From: Selaginella moellendorffii
Lineage: Eukaryota > Plantae > Lycopodiophyta
DNA length: 64,000 nucleotides
Assembly (NCBI RefSeq): GCF_000143415.4
Contig: NW_003314352.1
Coordinates: 165,765 to 229,764 of the forward strand
Direction of reading: 5' to 3'
Shown in pieces: positions 25,675 to 39,500 of this stretch. Numbering within the stretch: position 1 is the stretch's first letter; each line of letters starts with the position of its first letter. The position numbers and the translations under genes are program-made. The notes beneath the pieces were generated by a model. It did no database searches, was not told the DNA's origin, and saw nothing but the letters and a program-made list of their open reading frames with translations.

Positions 25675-28175
25675 TGTAAAGAACCAGCTCCCCAAGGTGT
25701 CGTAGGCTAAAGGATCTCCGAAAGCACGACTGAAATGATAAAGAGTTTATCGAATTGGACCAAATCTAAGATCGAGTCCAAGATCGACTCTGAGACTGAG
25801 TTCAAAATAGAGTCCGGGATCGAGTCCAAGTCCGGCTCCAAGACCAAATTCAAGATTGAGTCCAAGATTTGAGATTGGGTCTGAGACCAAGTCTGAGGTC
25901 GAGTTTGAGGTCAAGTTTGAGATCGGGTCCGAGATTGGGTCCGAGGTCAAGTTTGAAATCGAGTCCGAGGTTGGGTCCGAGATCAAGTTTGAGATTGAGT
26001 CCGAGACCGAGTTCAAGTACTAATACAAGTCGAGGGGTGAAAGCCCAAAGCGTATGTCTCCCAAAGGCAGGGGGGGGGGGGGGGGGGGGCGGGGGGGGCG
26101 GCGTTGTAGGGGATAGTGAGTCCAAGAACCAGTCTTGAAGGAATTCTCTAGTAGTGCTTCCAAACTGACTTGAGGTTGAGATTGGTGAGACTAGGGCCGA
26201 AGGGCCGAAGGGCCTTGGGTGGGAGTGAGCATGGACTTGGGTGGTGCTGGAAGGGCCACCTCAGGAAGTGCTCAAGAACAGCTCCCACTCCCAAAAGGGA
26301 AACCAACTGCAGTGCTCCTAGCTCATGTGGAGTGGTGCACCACTTGAGTACCATGCAGCTCATTAGTCCTCGCCCTGCCTAGGGGCTTAAACCTTCCCTT
26401 TGGGATGGAAGTGGGGGAGTAGGGGTACCCATACCGGGTTGTTAAGCCATAGTGTTTCCCCCTTGCGTCTCGGAGGAAGTGTTGCACAAAAGGCTTGGGA
26501 TTTAGAGGGTCCCATGATCAAATCTTACAGTGCCAAGGGATGTTAAGAATCTGGAGGCTTTGTGTGCTTGGCTATTTGTGCTTGCAGGGAGTGTAGTTGA
26601 ACCTTAAGTCTAGTTTAACCTAGAGAGGGGGATTGGGAGAGATTTGGGAATCCGTGGATGGATGGTTAACGCTTTGTTACTCATGCAGTGAGTAGTTGAA
26701 ACCAAGTAGGATCTAATACCATAGGCGGGAACCTTGGTGTGGGAACTTAGCTAAGTCCAAGGAAGTGTCAGTCGGATAGATGAGGTAAACTTGCAAATTG
26801 GAAAGGAAAAATTTGTAGCATATAATTTGGTATCAAAGCCTTTTCCTCAATTCTAGCAAAGGATAAAGGCTGATTGCTGGGGGATGGCAAAGGCAAGGCA
26901 TAAACGAATCAAGGCGGACACAAAACCTCCTCCGGAGTTGGAGCTTCTAGTCGAACAAAAGGCTATGGATGAGGAATCTTTGCATGAGGAAAACTCTAGT
27001 GAGGAAATTTCCAAATAGAAGTCTGGTGGTGAGGTTCGGACGTCCAAGGCTCGATTGGACGTTCTAGAAGGAAATTGGCATAGACCAATGCCCTACTAGA
27101 GACTCTTGTACGCAAGTTAAAGCGTGACAAGAAGCGAAAGAAAAAACAAAGGATTGTAGATGCTGACAACGCAGAAGGTGCAGACCTTTTGGCAGGGACT
27201 AAGGCAGAACCAAACAAGTGTAAGCGACTACCACTTGGAGGAGTCTCACTCACAACCTCTATAAGTCCTATTTCAGACTTAGGCTTGCTAGCCCTGAGAA
27301 TGGCATCCCCACCACTCAACCCTTGCACTTGGTCCAAGTGCTCCACATGTCCGATCCCATGACCGACACCACAAGGTACCATCGACATATCAGCCCGTTA
27401 TGCTAAGGCCATGCCCATTCACCTTGGTCACACCAGTGGTCCGACACCACCTCCATCACAGTCCCATCTCTCAAGACTGGGCCATCTGTTCATGAGTGAT
27501 CATCCCAGATCCACTCCTTAGCATCCTTAGGACGCCCGCAGACATGGGGAATAGCCTTCCCCATTATCTCCATTCCGGTCTCCACCAAGTCCCTTTTTGT
27601 CCTTGGCCATGTTTGCCAACACTGCCACTAGATCAAGGCCTACAGGCCCGACCACTAAGTCCCACTGTCCTCTAGGACTTCCTCACTATGTGACTATGTC
27701 CTTGGTCACCACACCAGAGGGCTACTCCTCTTCCTTTCCATAGACTGGGACTTTGAGATAACATTTCGAAACACCGTGGCCCTATGCAAGCCTCATGGGT
27801 ACTCTCCCTGCCTTCTGCCTTTAGGTGCTCTAGCCATAGGCTTAGAGCAAGGTTCCGTTGAGCCACGCTAGGTATCCAAGTAGGTAGTGCCACCCACACT
27901 TAGACTGAGAGCATTGGCCAATCAATCTCCCGGGGGAACTAGAGCTAGCTCTTGAACACTTCACCAAGCTACCCCGCTTGTCAGTCCGTGTTCACTTTAG
28001 TCTTGGACTTCTCAGTGGGCAACTCATCACCCAACACTAGGTACAGCCTTCCTGGGCCAAACTGGCCTTTCCTGCCCAAACTGGCTCCACTGCAGTCCTC
28101 CCCCTTACTATACTTTTGGAGCTCACCAAACCCCCCAGGGTCTGGGAGATGAACGCTTTGGGCTTTCACCCTCTC

Positions 28176-28737
28176 AGACTCGAACTCGGACTCGAACTCG
28201 GACTCGGACTCGGACTCGGACTCGGACTCGGACTCAGACTCAGACTCGGGCTTGGGCTCGGGCTTGGGCTCGGGCTCGGTCTCGGTCCTGGCCTCAGTCC
28301 CGGTCTCGGTCTTGGTCTCGGTCTCGGTCCCGGTCTCGGTCCTAGTCTCGGTCTCGACCTCGGACTCCATCTCAGATCCTTCTCGGACTCCATCTCAGAC
28401 TCCATTTTGGTCCATCTTGGACTCCATCTCGGACTCCATCTCGATCTATCTCGAACTCCATCTCGGACTCCGTCTTAGTCCATCTCGGACTCCACCTCGC
28501 ACTCCATCTCGGACTCCATCTCGGACTCCACCTTGAACTCCATTTCGGACTCCATCTCGGACTCCACCTCGGACTCCACCTTGGACTCCATCTCGGACTC
28601 CATCTTGGACTCCACCTCGGACTCCATCTCGGACTCCGTCTTGGTCCATCTCGGACTCCATCTCGGACTCCGTCTCGGTCCATCTCGGACTCCATCTCGA
28701 ACTCCAACTCTGGTCCATCTCGGACTCCATCTCGGAC
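28176..28737. repeat. 6-bp (GGACTC/GGTCTC) and 12-bp (GGACTCCATCTC) minisatellite in the B LTR; also at about 39328-39978, with related arrays in the A LTRs
   Basis: Direct tandem units; source of the spurious ES/SP/RTPS ORFs. Confidence 0.9.
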
Positions 28738-31255
28738 ACTTCCACGTGTCATGTGTTGGTCCTTCTGGGTCCCTTTTTGGAGCCTCGCTTATTGCTCGCT
28801 TCGTGCTTGTTCCTCGAGCACTTTGTTGGGAGTTCCACTCCTGCTCTCGACCTTTCAAGTCAGAGCTTTTAGTCCAAAAGTGTTACGCTTGTTTGGCTTT
28901 CGCTTCGGCCACTACCACGTGGCACCCTTTCGGCTCCACTTTGGGGCCTAGAGATTTTGTGTCTCACAACTCCACCACCCATAGACGAAGTTCGATGTAC
29001 TCATTGAACGGTAAACCCTTTTATAAAGTAATACCCGCAGGTATTACCATTTCCATCTTTGGCACCCAGCTAATATTTGCCTATGGTTTAACCCCGAAGG
29101 CTCACCATGCCTTGTCTATCCTCTAAGGAGCATAGTCTCTCCAACATAGAGACTCACTCGACCACCTAGGGTGGTTTGCTCCTTTTTATTGGTTCAGTTC
29201 TCGGTAAACCTATTAGAGACACCCTCTATAACTCAATTCCACTACTCATTCTTGAGTAATCTCAGATTCCATTGATATAACCTCTGCACTTTGGAACTTT
29301 TAATTTTGACTTCTCCGAGTCAATTTCCTAGGTGTCTCTGACACCTTATGTTGCACATGGTGCAACTCCACTTCCCTATCCTAGGAAGTTCTTTACTTGA
29401 GGGTACCATCATCCTCTCTTCGATATTGTGCCACCTTTGGGCACTAAGTTCCAGTTATCATAATTGGTGCTAGGGCTGCCTATGGCCCTATTATTTGGCT
29501 ACCTTACCGCTCCCCCCTTTGGAGCATCCACTTTCACCAAATCGGAGCAGTTGGGAATCTATCCTTGGGGAAACATTACCTTTCCCACAATCCATTAGCA
29601 CCCGTTCTTGGCCTAACTTTGCCATTTGGATTCTTTCCCATGATTCCCATGGCTCTTTTCTTAACCACTAGTCTTTTGCTCCTATCCTTGATTGTTGCAC
29701 CTAGCAACATAAGATTGCTACCACCATTTTTGAGGTTTCCTTTCGGTTCCATAGCAAACACTTTGCTTTGCCAAGTCCAGAAGGTGTTCACCCCTAGTAC
29801 GTCTCTTTAACATTTTCTATCGTGGGCTCTATCATGGCCCAACTTTTTGAGACCCTCCCTTGGATCTCTTATAGAGACTACTTTCCTTGGACTTAAGATG
29901 CCATAGCATTGACATAGCTCATTTCCCTTAGGTGTTCTTCCCACTTGGTCACCTTGACCAAGCCACACTTTTATTAATAGTTCAAATCAACACTTTGAAC
30001 TAGGAATCATATTCCTTAAACCAAACAAAGACTTTGTCCTTGTTTAGCCATAAGATCACCTTGTAATCTCATCTTGACCCCTTAATAGGTCTATCAATAA
30101 GAACTAAGTCTTCCAGACCCTTCTAAGTTGTTGACTATAACCCCGAGGGCATCCCCCACACTTGGCGGTGCGCCCAAGCCAGCCCTTTCGGCCAAGGATC
30201 CATAGCAACTGAGACTTGGGTGTCCCTATCTCATTCACCACGTCCTTGGCTTTGCACCAAAGTGTTCAAGTTAGATATGCCAAGCTTTCACTCTAAGCAA
30301 TCTAACCGTGCATCACAACTTCGAGGCATCCCTCGCTTGGCAGTGTGCCCAAACCAGTCTCCTCACTGAGAGTCCATGACCACCGAAATATGAGTGTCCT
30401 CATATTCCAAACCATCACCACGCCTTAGTGATTTGAGACTTGAACCCAAGTACTAGAGGGTTGGGACTCGAACCCAACCTCTGTATATGCATCTACAGAC
30501 AGCATCACTCTAGATGCCTGGCGTGACTCCCCACGCTAGTGCACCAACTTATACTTAAAGCGCGCTATAGATCACAGCTTAGGAACCTAGTTCCTCCACA
30601 TTGCCAAGTCCTTTCACTTGACACGTCTGTGATCATGCATGGACTCCTTCACGCTTGGCCCCATGGCCCCCCTTTATGAAGTTATCACCTCCAACTAGGG
30701 TATTTGTTCCCCTGACTTGCCAATCTCGCTTGGCAAATCCTCCGACCACCGTAACATGGTTCCTCCATAAGCGTGAAAGTCCTTGACCATCGACTTTCGT
30801 TCAAAGCCCTCTCTTTGAACACTCGGGAACTACTTCCCTAACCTTGATAGCCTTGCCTCCTGGCAAGCTTCAAGACTACGCTTCTGTTGCGCCACTCTAG
30901 TTTCGCGTGTTCCATGAACCATTTACACTTTGGCCTTTCTAGGTACTAAACTACCTAGAATCGTCTTTGGGAACCTTGAAGGGACTCTATCCTTTAGTTT
31001 GCCTAGGCCTCCTTTTTCGCAAGCTTTCTAGTTGCCATATAGTCTAACATGGACAACTCCATATTTTAGACTTTCCATAGCATCAAGGTTGCTAGCAACA
31101 ACATCCTCGAGCCCCCATTTGATTCTCCACTCCCAGCTGGCATAACCAACCTTGGTCATGCCCTTCGATTCCTATGGTTCGGTTCTATCCCCTTACTACT
31201 TGCTTTTGGCTTCACACCTTTCCTTCGGTCATTCTCCTCCAGACTAGGAGGATAG

Positions 31256-34200
31256 TGTCAGGAATCCCTGAATCCTCCAATTCTTGCCACATTCCTGACT
31301 CTCGCCGGATTCCTAACCTGCAGACCACATTCCTGATTCTCGAGACACTTCCCTATTCCTGACTCTCGAGACAGTTCCCTATTCCTGACTCCCAAGACAC
31401 TTCCCTATTCTTGACTCTCTGATTTCCTGGACAATTCCTGAGTCTCAAGCCACATTCCTGATATTGATGTGGCGCCTCCTCAACCTCAACTATATTTAGG
31501 CCGTCCTCGATCCAAGAGTGGTGGAGTTTCATCAACCTATAGTATATATAGGTTAGCCTTGTTCCATTTCTCCACAATCTGAATCAACACTAGTCTAAGG
31601 CCTTTTCTTTGTTTCCATTAGCTTTTCTCTTTGTCTTTTGCATTTTCCAGTCTTGATCATGTTGGGGGTCTTGACAGTTTGATTCAGATTGTGCTTTTTC
31701 ATTCTTTTTTTCCTTTAGCTCATTTTGATTGTTTGACTGCCTTTGCCTTTTTTCCCCCTTTTCTTTCTTTCTGCCGATATGGTCTCCAAGCCATCCTGAT
31801 TTCTTTGCCGAAGTCCTTGCAAAAATCCAGTCTGAGAATACCGAGCTGAAGGCGACCCTTCTTCGCATGCAGCAGGAGCTTGCTTCACTTTCGGCTCAAG
31901 GATCCAGCAAAGTTCCTGAACCAAAGGTGAGTTTCCCGGCGAAATTTTTAGGCAAGCGTTCGGAGCTTCGCGGATTTTTGAACCAAATGGAGCTGATCTT
32001 TGCACTTCAACATCGGCGGTATCCCACTCCCGAGTCTCAAATTGGCTCGATTGGGACGTTGCTCGAAGGTGCAGCTTTGTCATGGTTTTTTGCTCTTCTG
32101 GAGAAGAGCATGAAAGGGGTCGTGGTTTCGGAGCTGATGGATCTTCAGTTGTTCAAAGAAAAGCTCGAAGCATGTTTTGGCGAGACGGATCGGGTTCGGG
32201 CTGCTACCACAAAGATGAGACATCTCTCTCAGGGGTCTCGTCCTGCCTCGATCTACGCTGCAGAGTTCCAACTCCTTGCCTTGGACACTCAGTGGGATGA
32301 GCGGGCCCTGATTGACCAATTTCGTTTCGGCCTCAACAACGGTGTCAAGGATTTGTTGCTCACCATGGAGGATCCCAAGGACCTATTGGACGCGATCAAC
32401 AAAGCTATTCGATGTGACAATCGTCTCTTTGAACGTCGCCAGGAAAGTCGCCGCACCGCTGTTTTTCCATCCCAGACTCAGGAATCTCAGCTTGAGTCTT
32501 TGGGGCATACTCCTGAACCTACTGCTCCGGTCTTGATGGATATTTCTGGTACTCCTTGACTCATTAGAGGGAAGTTGAGTCCTGCTGAGAAGCAACGTCG
32601 AATATCTCATAATCTTTGCCTCTATTGTGCTGATCCTAATCACAAAGCAGCTGTGCGTCCCAAGAAGCCTCCCCAACTGCTCGAGTTCACTTTGCCTCAA
32701 AGTCCACCTCTGTTGCAGTCGGGAAACAACCCTGTCCAAACAGAGTAGGAGCTGTCTGTTTGGACTCCCCGAATAAAAATCACTTTTCTTCTTTATCAAG
32801 CTCCTCACCACCTTTCATCAAAGCCACCACCAATTCCCGCAACTTCCGCATCCCATGTCTCCTTTCTTTCACCGGACAATCAGGACTCAAGGCTTTGGCG
32901 CTACGTAACTCGGGTGCAACTTCCTGCTTCATGGACATGGACTTTGCTGCCCGACATCATGTTCCTCTTTCTCCTACCATACGGGATCTGAGGGTTGAAG
33001 GCATCGGCGGGCATTTTGTGTCTCCATCTTCTGGACTTAGGGAAACGTTGCCCGTTCGAGTACACATCAGGTCCACTGTCACCAATATCGCCTTCAACAT
33101 CATCAACAGCAAGTCCTCCTCTATGGTGCTCGGTCTTCCTTGGTTCCAACTACATCAGCCTCAGATTTGTTGGAAGGAATTACAGCTCATCTCTCCCACA
33201 TCACCATCTCCCACGGCTTCCCCTGCTGTTCATCGAGTCCAAATCAGGAAAAGTTCCCTAAACTTAAATCGGGGTTTTGTTCCTGACTCTACGAAGTTTT
33301 CACCCTTTTCTTTTTCCTCTCTTCCATCTTACATTGGACAGTATCCTCGTCTCATCATTCCATTTAGTTGTACACCTCCTTCTATCTCCCCTCCTATCTC
33401 CACAATCACTATGAAAGAACTCCTTCATGAAGAACCTATTTTCCTTTTTGCTTTGCATGTTTTTCCTGTCAGTCTTCCTGAGAAGTATCATGATTTTGGG
33501 GATGTGTTTGACAAGAAAAAAGCTAGTGTACTGCCTGTTCATTGGCCTTATGACTGTCCCATTGATTTACAGGAAGGAGCGTCACCTCCGTGGGGGCCTA
33601 TCTACGGGTTATCCCCGTCCGAGCTTAAGGCCCTCAAAGAGTATGTGGATGAGAACCTTGCCTCGGGGTACATTCAACATTCGCAGTCCCCGGCTAGAGC
33701 GCCTGTCATCTTTGTCAAGAAGAAGGATGGGAGTTTGCGGCTAGTCATTGATTACTGAGGTTTGAACAAGGTGACTGTTCGGAACCGTTATCCACTGCCC
33801 CTGATCTCGGACCTGTTGGAACGCCTCGGCAGTGCCCGCTTCTTCACCAAGATTGACCTCTGTGGCGCATACAACCTGATCCGAATCCGGCTTAGTGATG
33901 AATGGAAGACTGCGTTCCGAACCCGCTATGGCCACTTTGAGTACACTGTCATGCCATTTGGCTTGACAAATGCTCCAGCAGTTTTCCAACACATGATGAA
34001 CGATGTCTTTTGGGAGTTTCTTGATCAGATGGTGATCGTCTACCTCGATGACATCCTCATCTACTCAAAAACTCAGGAGGAGCACGACGAACATGTACAC
34101 AAGGTGCTAGCGAAGCTGCGCGAACACGGCCTATACGCGAAGCTTGAGAAATGTTCCTTCGATCAGCAGTCTGTGGAGTTCCTTGGATACATTGTCACTC

Positions 34201-36584
34201 CTGAGGGTATCATGATGGATCCTGCCAAGGTCAAGACTATTCTCGAGTGGGAGCCTCCACAATCAATGTCGGACGTTCAGGTTTTCCTTGGCTTCACCAA
34301 CTTCTACCGCAAATTTATTGATCACTACTCTGACATTGTCCTTCCTCTCACGCATCTCACTCGCAAGGATGTTCCCTTCTCTTGGTCTGCTTCTGCCTAG
34401 CATGCCTTTGACACAATCAAGGTAGCCTTCAGTTCTGCTCCCGTTTTAATCCATGCTGATTCCTCACAACCTTTCTTCATCGAGGCTGATGCCTCCGACT
34501 TGCCATTGGTGTTGTGCTGTCTCAACTCGGAGTGGATCAAGAACTTCATCCGGTCGCTTTCCATTCTCGGAAATTCCAGCCTGCGGAGATCAATTACGAA
34601 ATCCACGACAAGGAGCTCCTTGCCATCGTGGATTCCTTTGGAGAGTGGTGCCGTTTCTTGGAGGGGGCGGGCCATCAAACAGCAGTCTGGACGGATCACA
34701 AAAATCTCAAGTACTTTGCCACTTCCCGAGTTTTAAGCCGTCATCAAGCAAGGTGGGCACAATTCCTGAGTCGGTTTGACTTTGTTATCAAGTACAGACC
34801 TGGAAAGCTTCAAGGCCTTAATGATGCTCTTTCAAGGCGCTCCTATCTTAGTCTCAGGCCTGGTAATCCTGCCTTCGATCAACAGAATCAAGTTATCCTC
34901 AGTCCTGATTGGCTTCAAGTTATGGCAATTTCCTTGGCCCCGCAGGACTCCTCCTTGATGGATGCAATTAGAAATGATCTTCAATCCGATGATCTCGCCA
35001 GCGACATTTTCCCCCATCTTCAGGCTGGACACCCTGTGACTCCCGACTGCCGGCGATTTGACGAGTTTGAGTTCTTAGATGGCTTATTATACCGTGTGGA
35101 GCAGCTTTACGTTCCTGAAGGTGATGCTCGAAGGTTGGTCCTGATGGCGTGCCACGATAGCCCGACTGCTGGTCACTTCGGCATTGCGAAAACCTATGAG
35201 CTAGTTGCATGGGACTTTTGGTGGCTTCACATGGACAACTACATCAAAGCTTTTGTTACCTCCTGTAACACTTACGCCCGGAATAAGATACCTCGCCACC
35301 TTCCTTCAGGTTTGCTTCGTTCCCTTCCGGTCCCTTCAGGTCCTTGGGAATCCATCTCCATGGATTTCTTGAGTGATCTTCCGAGTTCTGGAGGCTTCAA
35401 CAGCATTTTAGTCGTGGTGGATCGCTTCACAAAGATGGTGCACTTCTTGCCATGTACCAAGGAGTTTTCGGGCGAGGACATGGCAAAACTGGTATTCAGG
35501 GAAATTTTCTGACTTCATGGGATTCCTACGGATGTGGTTTCGGATTGGGGGCCTCAGTTCATCTCTCATTTCTGGAAACGATTTTTGCAGCTGCTTGGAG
35601 TGAAGGCCAACCTCTCTTCGGCGTATCATCCTCAAACTGATGGGCAGTCCGAGCGAACGATTCAGACGTTAGAACAATTCTTGAGGTGCTTCATCAACTA
35701 TCATCAGGATAACTGGTTCGATATCCTTCCCCTTGCTGAGTTCTCCTATAACAACTCTGTTCACTCCTCTCTTCGAATTTCCCCCTTCTTTGCAAACTCT
35801 GGCCGAAATCCCCGATTCAATCTCTCACTTCCTTCTCCATCCGAATCCTCTCATTCAAATCCCCGCTCTAATGCATTTGTCTCCAACCTCCAGGAAATCC
35901 ACAACTCCATCTCCTTCCACCTCCATCGAGCTCAGGAATCTCACAAAACATTTGCCAATGTCCATCGTCAGGATTGTCCCCCTTACAATATCGGGGATAA
36001 AGTCTGGCTCCTCAGGCGAAATATCTCCACCACCAAGCCCTGTCCAAAACTTGATTTCAAACGCCTTGGTCCTTTCCCTATCACTGCCATTATTAATCCT
36101 GTCACTTATCGCTCGTCGTTCTCATTCACATCTTTGTTCCACTTGTTCTTGAGGAGGGGGTGCTGTCAGGAATCCCCGAATCCTCCAATTCTTGCCACAT
36201 TCCTGACTCTGGCCGGATTCCTAACCTGCAGACCACATTCCTGATTCTCGAGACACTTCCCTATTCCTGACTCTCGAGACACTTCCCTATTCCTAACTCT
36301 CAAGACACTTCCCTATTCCTGACTCTCTGATTTCCTGGACAATTCCTGAGTCTCAAGCCACATTCCTGATATTGATGTGGCGCCTCCTCAACCTCAACTA
36401 TATTTAGGCCGTCCTCGATCCAAGAGTGGTGGAGCTTCATCAACCTATAGTATATATAGGTTAGCCTTGTTCCATTTCTCCACAATCTGAATCAACACCA
36501 ATCTAAGGCCTCTTCTTTTTTTCCATTAGCTTTTCTCTTTGTTTTTTGCATTTTCCAGTCTTGATCATGTTGGCGGTCTTGACA
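31256..36584 (+). mobile_element. Element C: Tcn1-like Ty3/Gypsy element. LTRs 31256-31676 and 36164-36584; gag plus disrupted pol; chromodomain deleted
   Basis: TSD GATAG (31251-31255, 36585-36589). Gag with Zn-knuckle relic; PR, RT (YLDD), RH and IN motifs with premature stops; PPT GAGGAGGGGGTGC. Confidence 0.93.
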
Positions 36585-39500
36585 GATAGCTTTGCACTTT
36601 CTATCATGCCTTAGCAAGTATTCTTAGGGATGAACCTACCTGATAGCCTAGGGAGTGGTTCCTCAATCCAGGTATGCTCACTTTATAATCCCACACACCG
36701 GGATTAACGTTGCTGCTCATGGGCCTTCACTAGCTTTGCCAAAATTCCATTTTTGGCTTTGTCCAATTCAGGTAGACAATCTTCTCCTGTCTCTGCAACC
36801 TTGGACATTTGGATAGCACCTTCTATCCATCATTCGCTAGGGACTTAGTCCCTTGGGCCTTATCTATTGCCCTCGCGACACTAACCACCACCTCCTGGTG
36901 TTCCAGAGTGTTTGGGTGTCCCAATGATGGTCTTCTTGACAATGAGCATTTTCTTTTACGATATTGACTCACTATATCGTAAGATAAGCAATTTATCCCC
37001 TGTAAGGGTATATCTAACTTCCTTATGCCATTAAGAAGTCTTGGGTAGCTACCTTCTACCCGTTTAACCAATTATCTTTGCACCTCTTGCTTAGTTGCCC
37101 CATAGTTGTCAAGTCCTACAACTCATTGCTTGGTGCTTCCATACCTCCATCATTATCTGGGTCACCACACTCCAACCGCATGCCTTCCAGCTTAGGCTAT
37201 GCCATTCTCGCTTCCGTTAGGATTCCCTTGGTAAGGGGTTTTTATGAACCCACCATCATAACCTCAAGGTCTCACACCTTGGCACATTTGGTGTCTCCAC
37301 ACCATCGGCCTCACGAGCCTACCCTTATGACACTACTTATTAGTGTCTAGGTCTTTGCCAAGACTAATATAATTGTTCCTTATGCTAACTATTTGTTAGC
37401 ACCGCACCATAGTGTTTGCACCCAACTCTGGGCCAAAGTTACTTTCTTCTAGGAACATCTTTCCCACAACTTTAGTATGGCACATTCTGTCATTAATGAG
37501 ATACCTACTATTCTCATACTTGGATCTTATGATCCTCCCCATACCTCATGGGGCACTATACACCTCAGTCCAAATGCTTCAACCAATCCCTTAGGACCAT
37601 TCCCTGACTCCACTTGAGTCATCTAGCATTTTGAACTTTGCTAATCCAACAACCTGCGAGGTCTCAGTCTTAGAGGTGCCAACTCACTAGAATACAACTT
37701 CTTGTATTCATGTCCTACTCACAAGGATAATTTTTGCAAGTGTTACTCTGACACTTGATGATTTTCTTGGGGCTAACCTTTGCCCCTTAGGACTACTTGT
37801 TCATATGATGAGAATAACAACTCATCTTTAAGTACACCCCCAACTCCTTGGGGTTTTCCAGCATTTATTAGAGGTAGCCCCGACTACCATTTCAAGGACT
37901 AGTGTCCTCTTTTATATTTGACCTCCCACGGTCAACAATTCCAGTCTTGAATTTATGAGTACCAACCTCAACCATATAAGGGTAATCTTGTGACTCCTAT
38001 ATTGTTTTGGAGTCTGTATCTTTCCCATAGTTGTTTACCACAACTACATTAGCTCATTTGCTGCGTCAAACACTCATCTAGATCACATCCTTAACTCTCT
38101 AAGGACACCCTTATACTGTTCCCAAGATCCCAAAGTCGTTCCCTTACTGGCCCTTTTCTATCCACCATATCGTGCACAAGTTCACGCATGAACTTGAGTG
38201 GAGAGCCATGTCTTCTCGGCATGTTACTCCTCAAGGATAGGTCCATATCGAGGACCTCCAATTCCAATACAAGTGGTGATATACTTAGCCACTAATAAGA
38301 GTCGGACTAAAGAATAGCTCTGATACCAAATTGTAAGCAACTAATTTTTCCATTCTACTTTAGTCACTTAACCACACCTCCGACCACTTGGAGGAGTCTC
38401 ACTCACAACCTCCATAAGTCCTATTTCAAACTTGGGCTTGCTAGCCCCGAGAATGGCATCCCCACCACTCAACCCTTGCACTTGGTCCAAGTGCTCCACA
38501 TGTCCGATCCCATGACCGACACCACAAGGTACCACTGACATATCAACCCGTTACGCTAAGGCCATGCCCATTCACCTTGGTCACACCGGTGGTCCGACAC
38601 CACCTCCATCACAATCCCATCTCTCAAGACTGGGCCATCTGTTCATGAGTGATCATCCCAGATCCACTCCTTAGCATCCTTAGGATGCCTGCAGACATGG
38701 GGAATAGCCTTCCCCATTATCTCCATTCCGGTCTCCACCAAGTCCCTTTTTGTCCTTGGCCATGTTTGCCAACACTGCCACTAGATCAAGGCCCACAGGC
38801 CCGACCACTAAGTCCCACTGTCCTCTAGGACTTCCTCACTGTGTGACTATGTCCTTGGTTACCACACCAGAGGGCTACTCCTCTTCCTTTCCATAGACTG
38901 GGACTTTGAGATAACATTTCGGAACACTGTGGCCCTACGCAAGCCTCATGGGTACTCTCCCTGCCTTCTGCCTTTAGGTGCTCTAGCCATAGGCTTAGAG
39001 CAAGGTTCCGTTGAGCCACGCTAGGTATCCAAGTAGGTATTGCCACCCACACTTAGACTGGGAGCATCGGCCAGTCGATCTCCCGGGGGAACTAGAGCCA
39101 GCTCTTGAACACTTCACCAAGCTACCCCGCTTGTCAGTCCGTGTTCACTCTAGTCTTGGACTTCCCAGTGGGCAGCTCATCACCCAACACTAGGTACAGC
39201 CTTCCTGGGCCAAACTGGCCTTTCCTGCCCAAACTGGCTCCACTGCAGTCCTCCCCTTACTATACTTTTGGAGCTCACCAAACCCCCCAGGGTCTGGGAG
39301 ATGAACGCTTTAGGCTTTCACCCTCTCAGACTCGAACTCGGACTCGGACTCGGACTCGGACTCGGACTCGGACTCGGACTCGGGCTTGGGCTCGGTCTCG
39401 GCCTTGGCCTTGATCTCGGTCTCGGCCATGGCCTCAATCTCGGTCTTGGCCTCAATCTCGGTCTCGGTCCCGGTCTCGGTCCCGGTCCCAGTCCTGGTCT

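Noticed and set aside
27981-28858. Many ORFs with ES/SP/RTPS/LG repeats (also 25747-26138, 39268-40192, 44222-44483)
   Set aside because: By-products of the stop-free LTR minisatellite, open in several frames on both strands.
31325-31460. Regularly spaced repeats resembling a CRISPR array
   Set aside because: Tandem LTR subrepeats without unique spacers, no cas genes, eukaryotic context.
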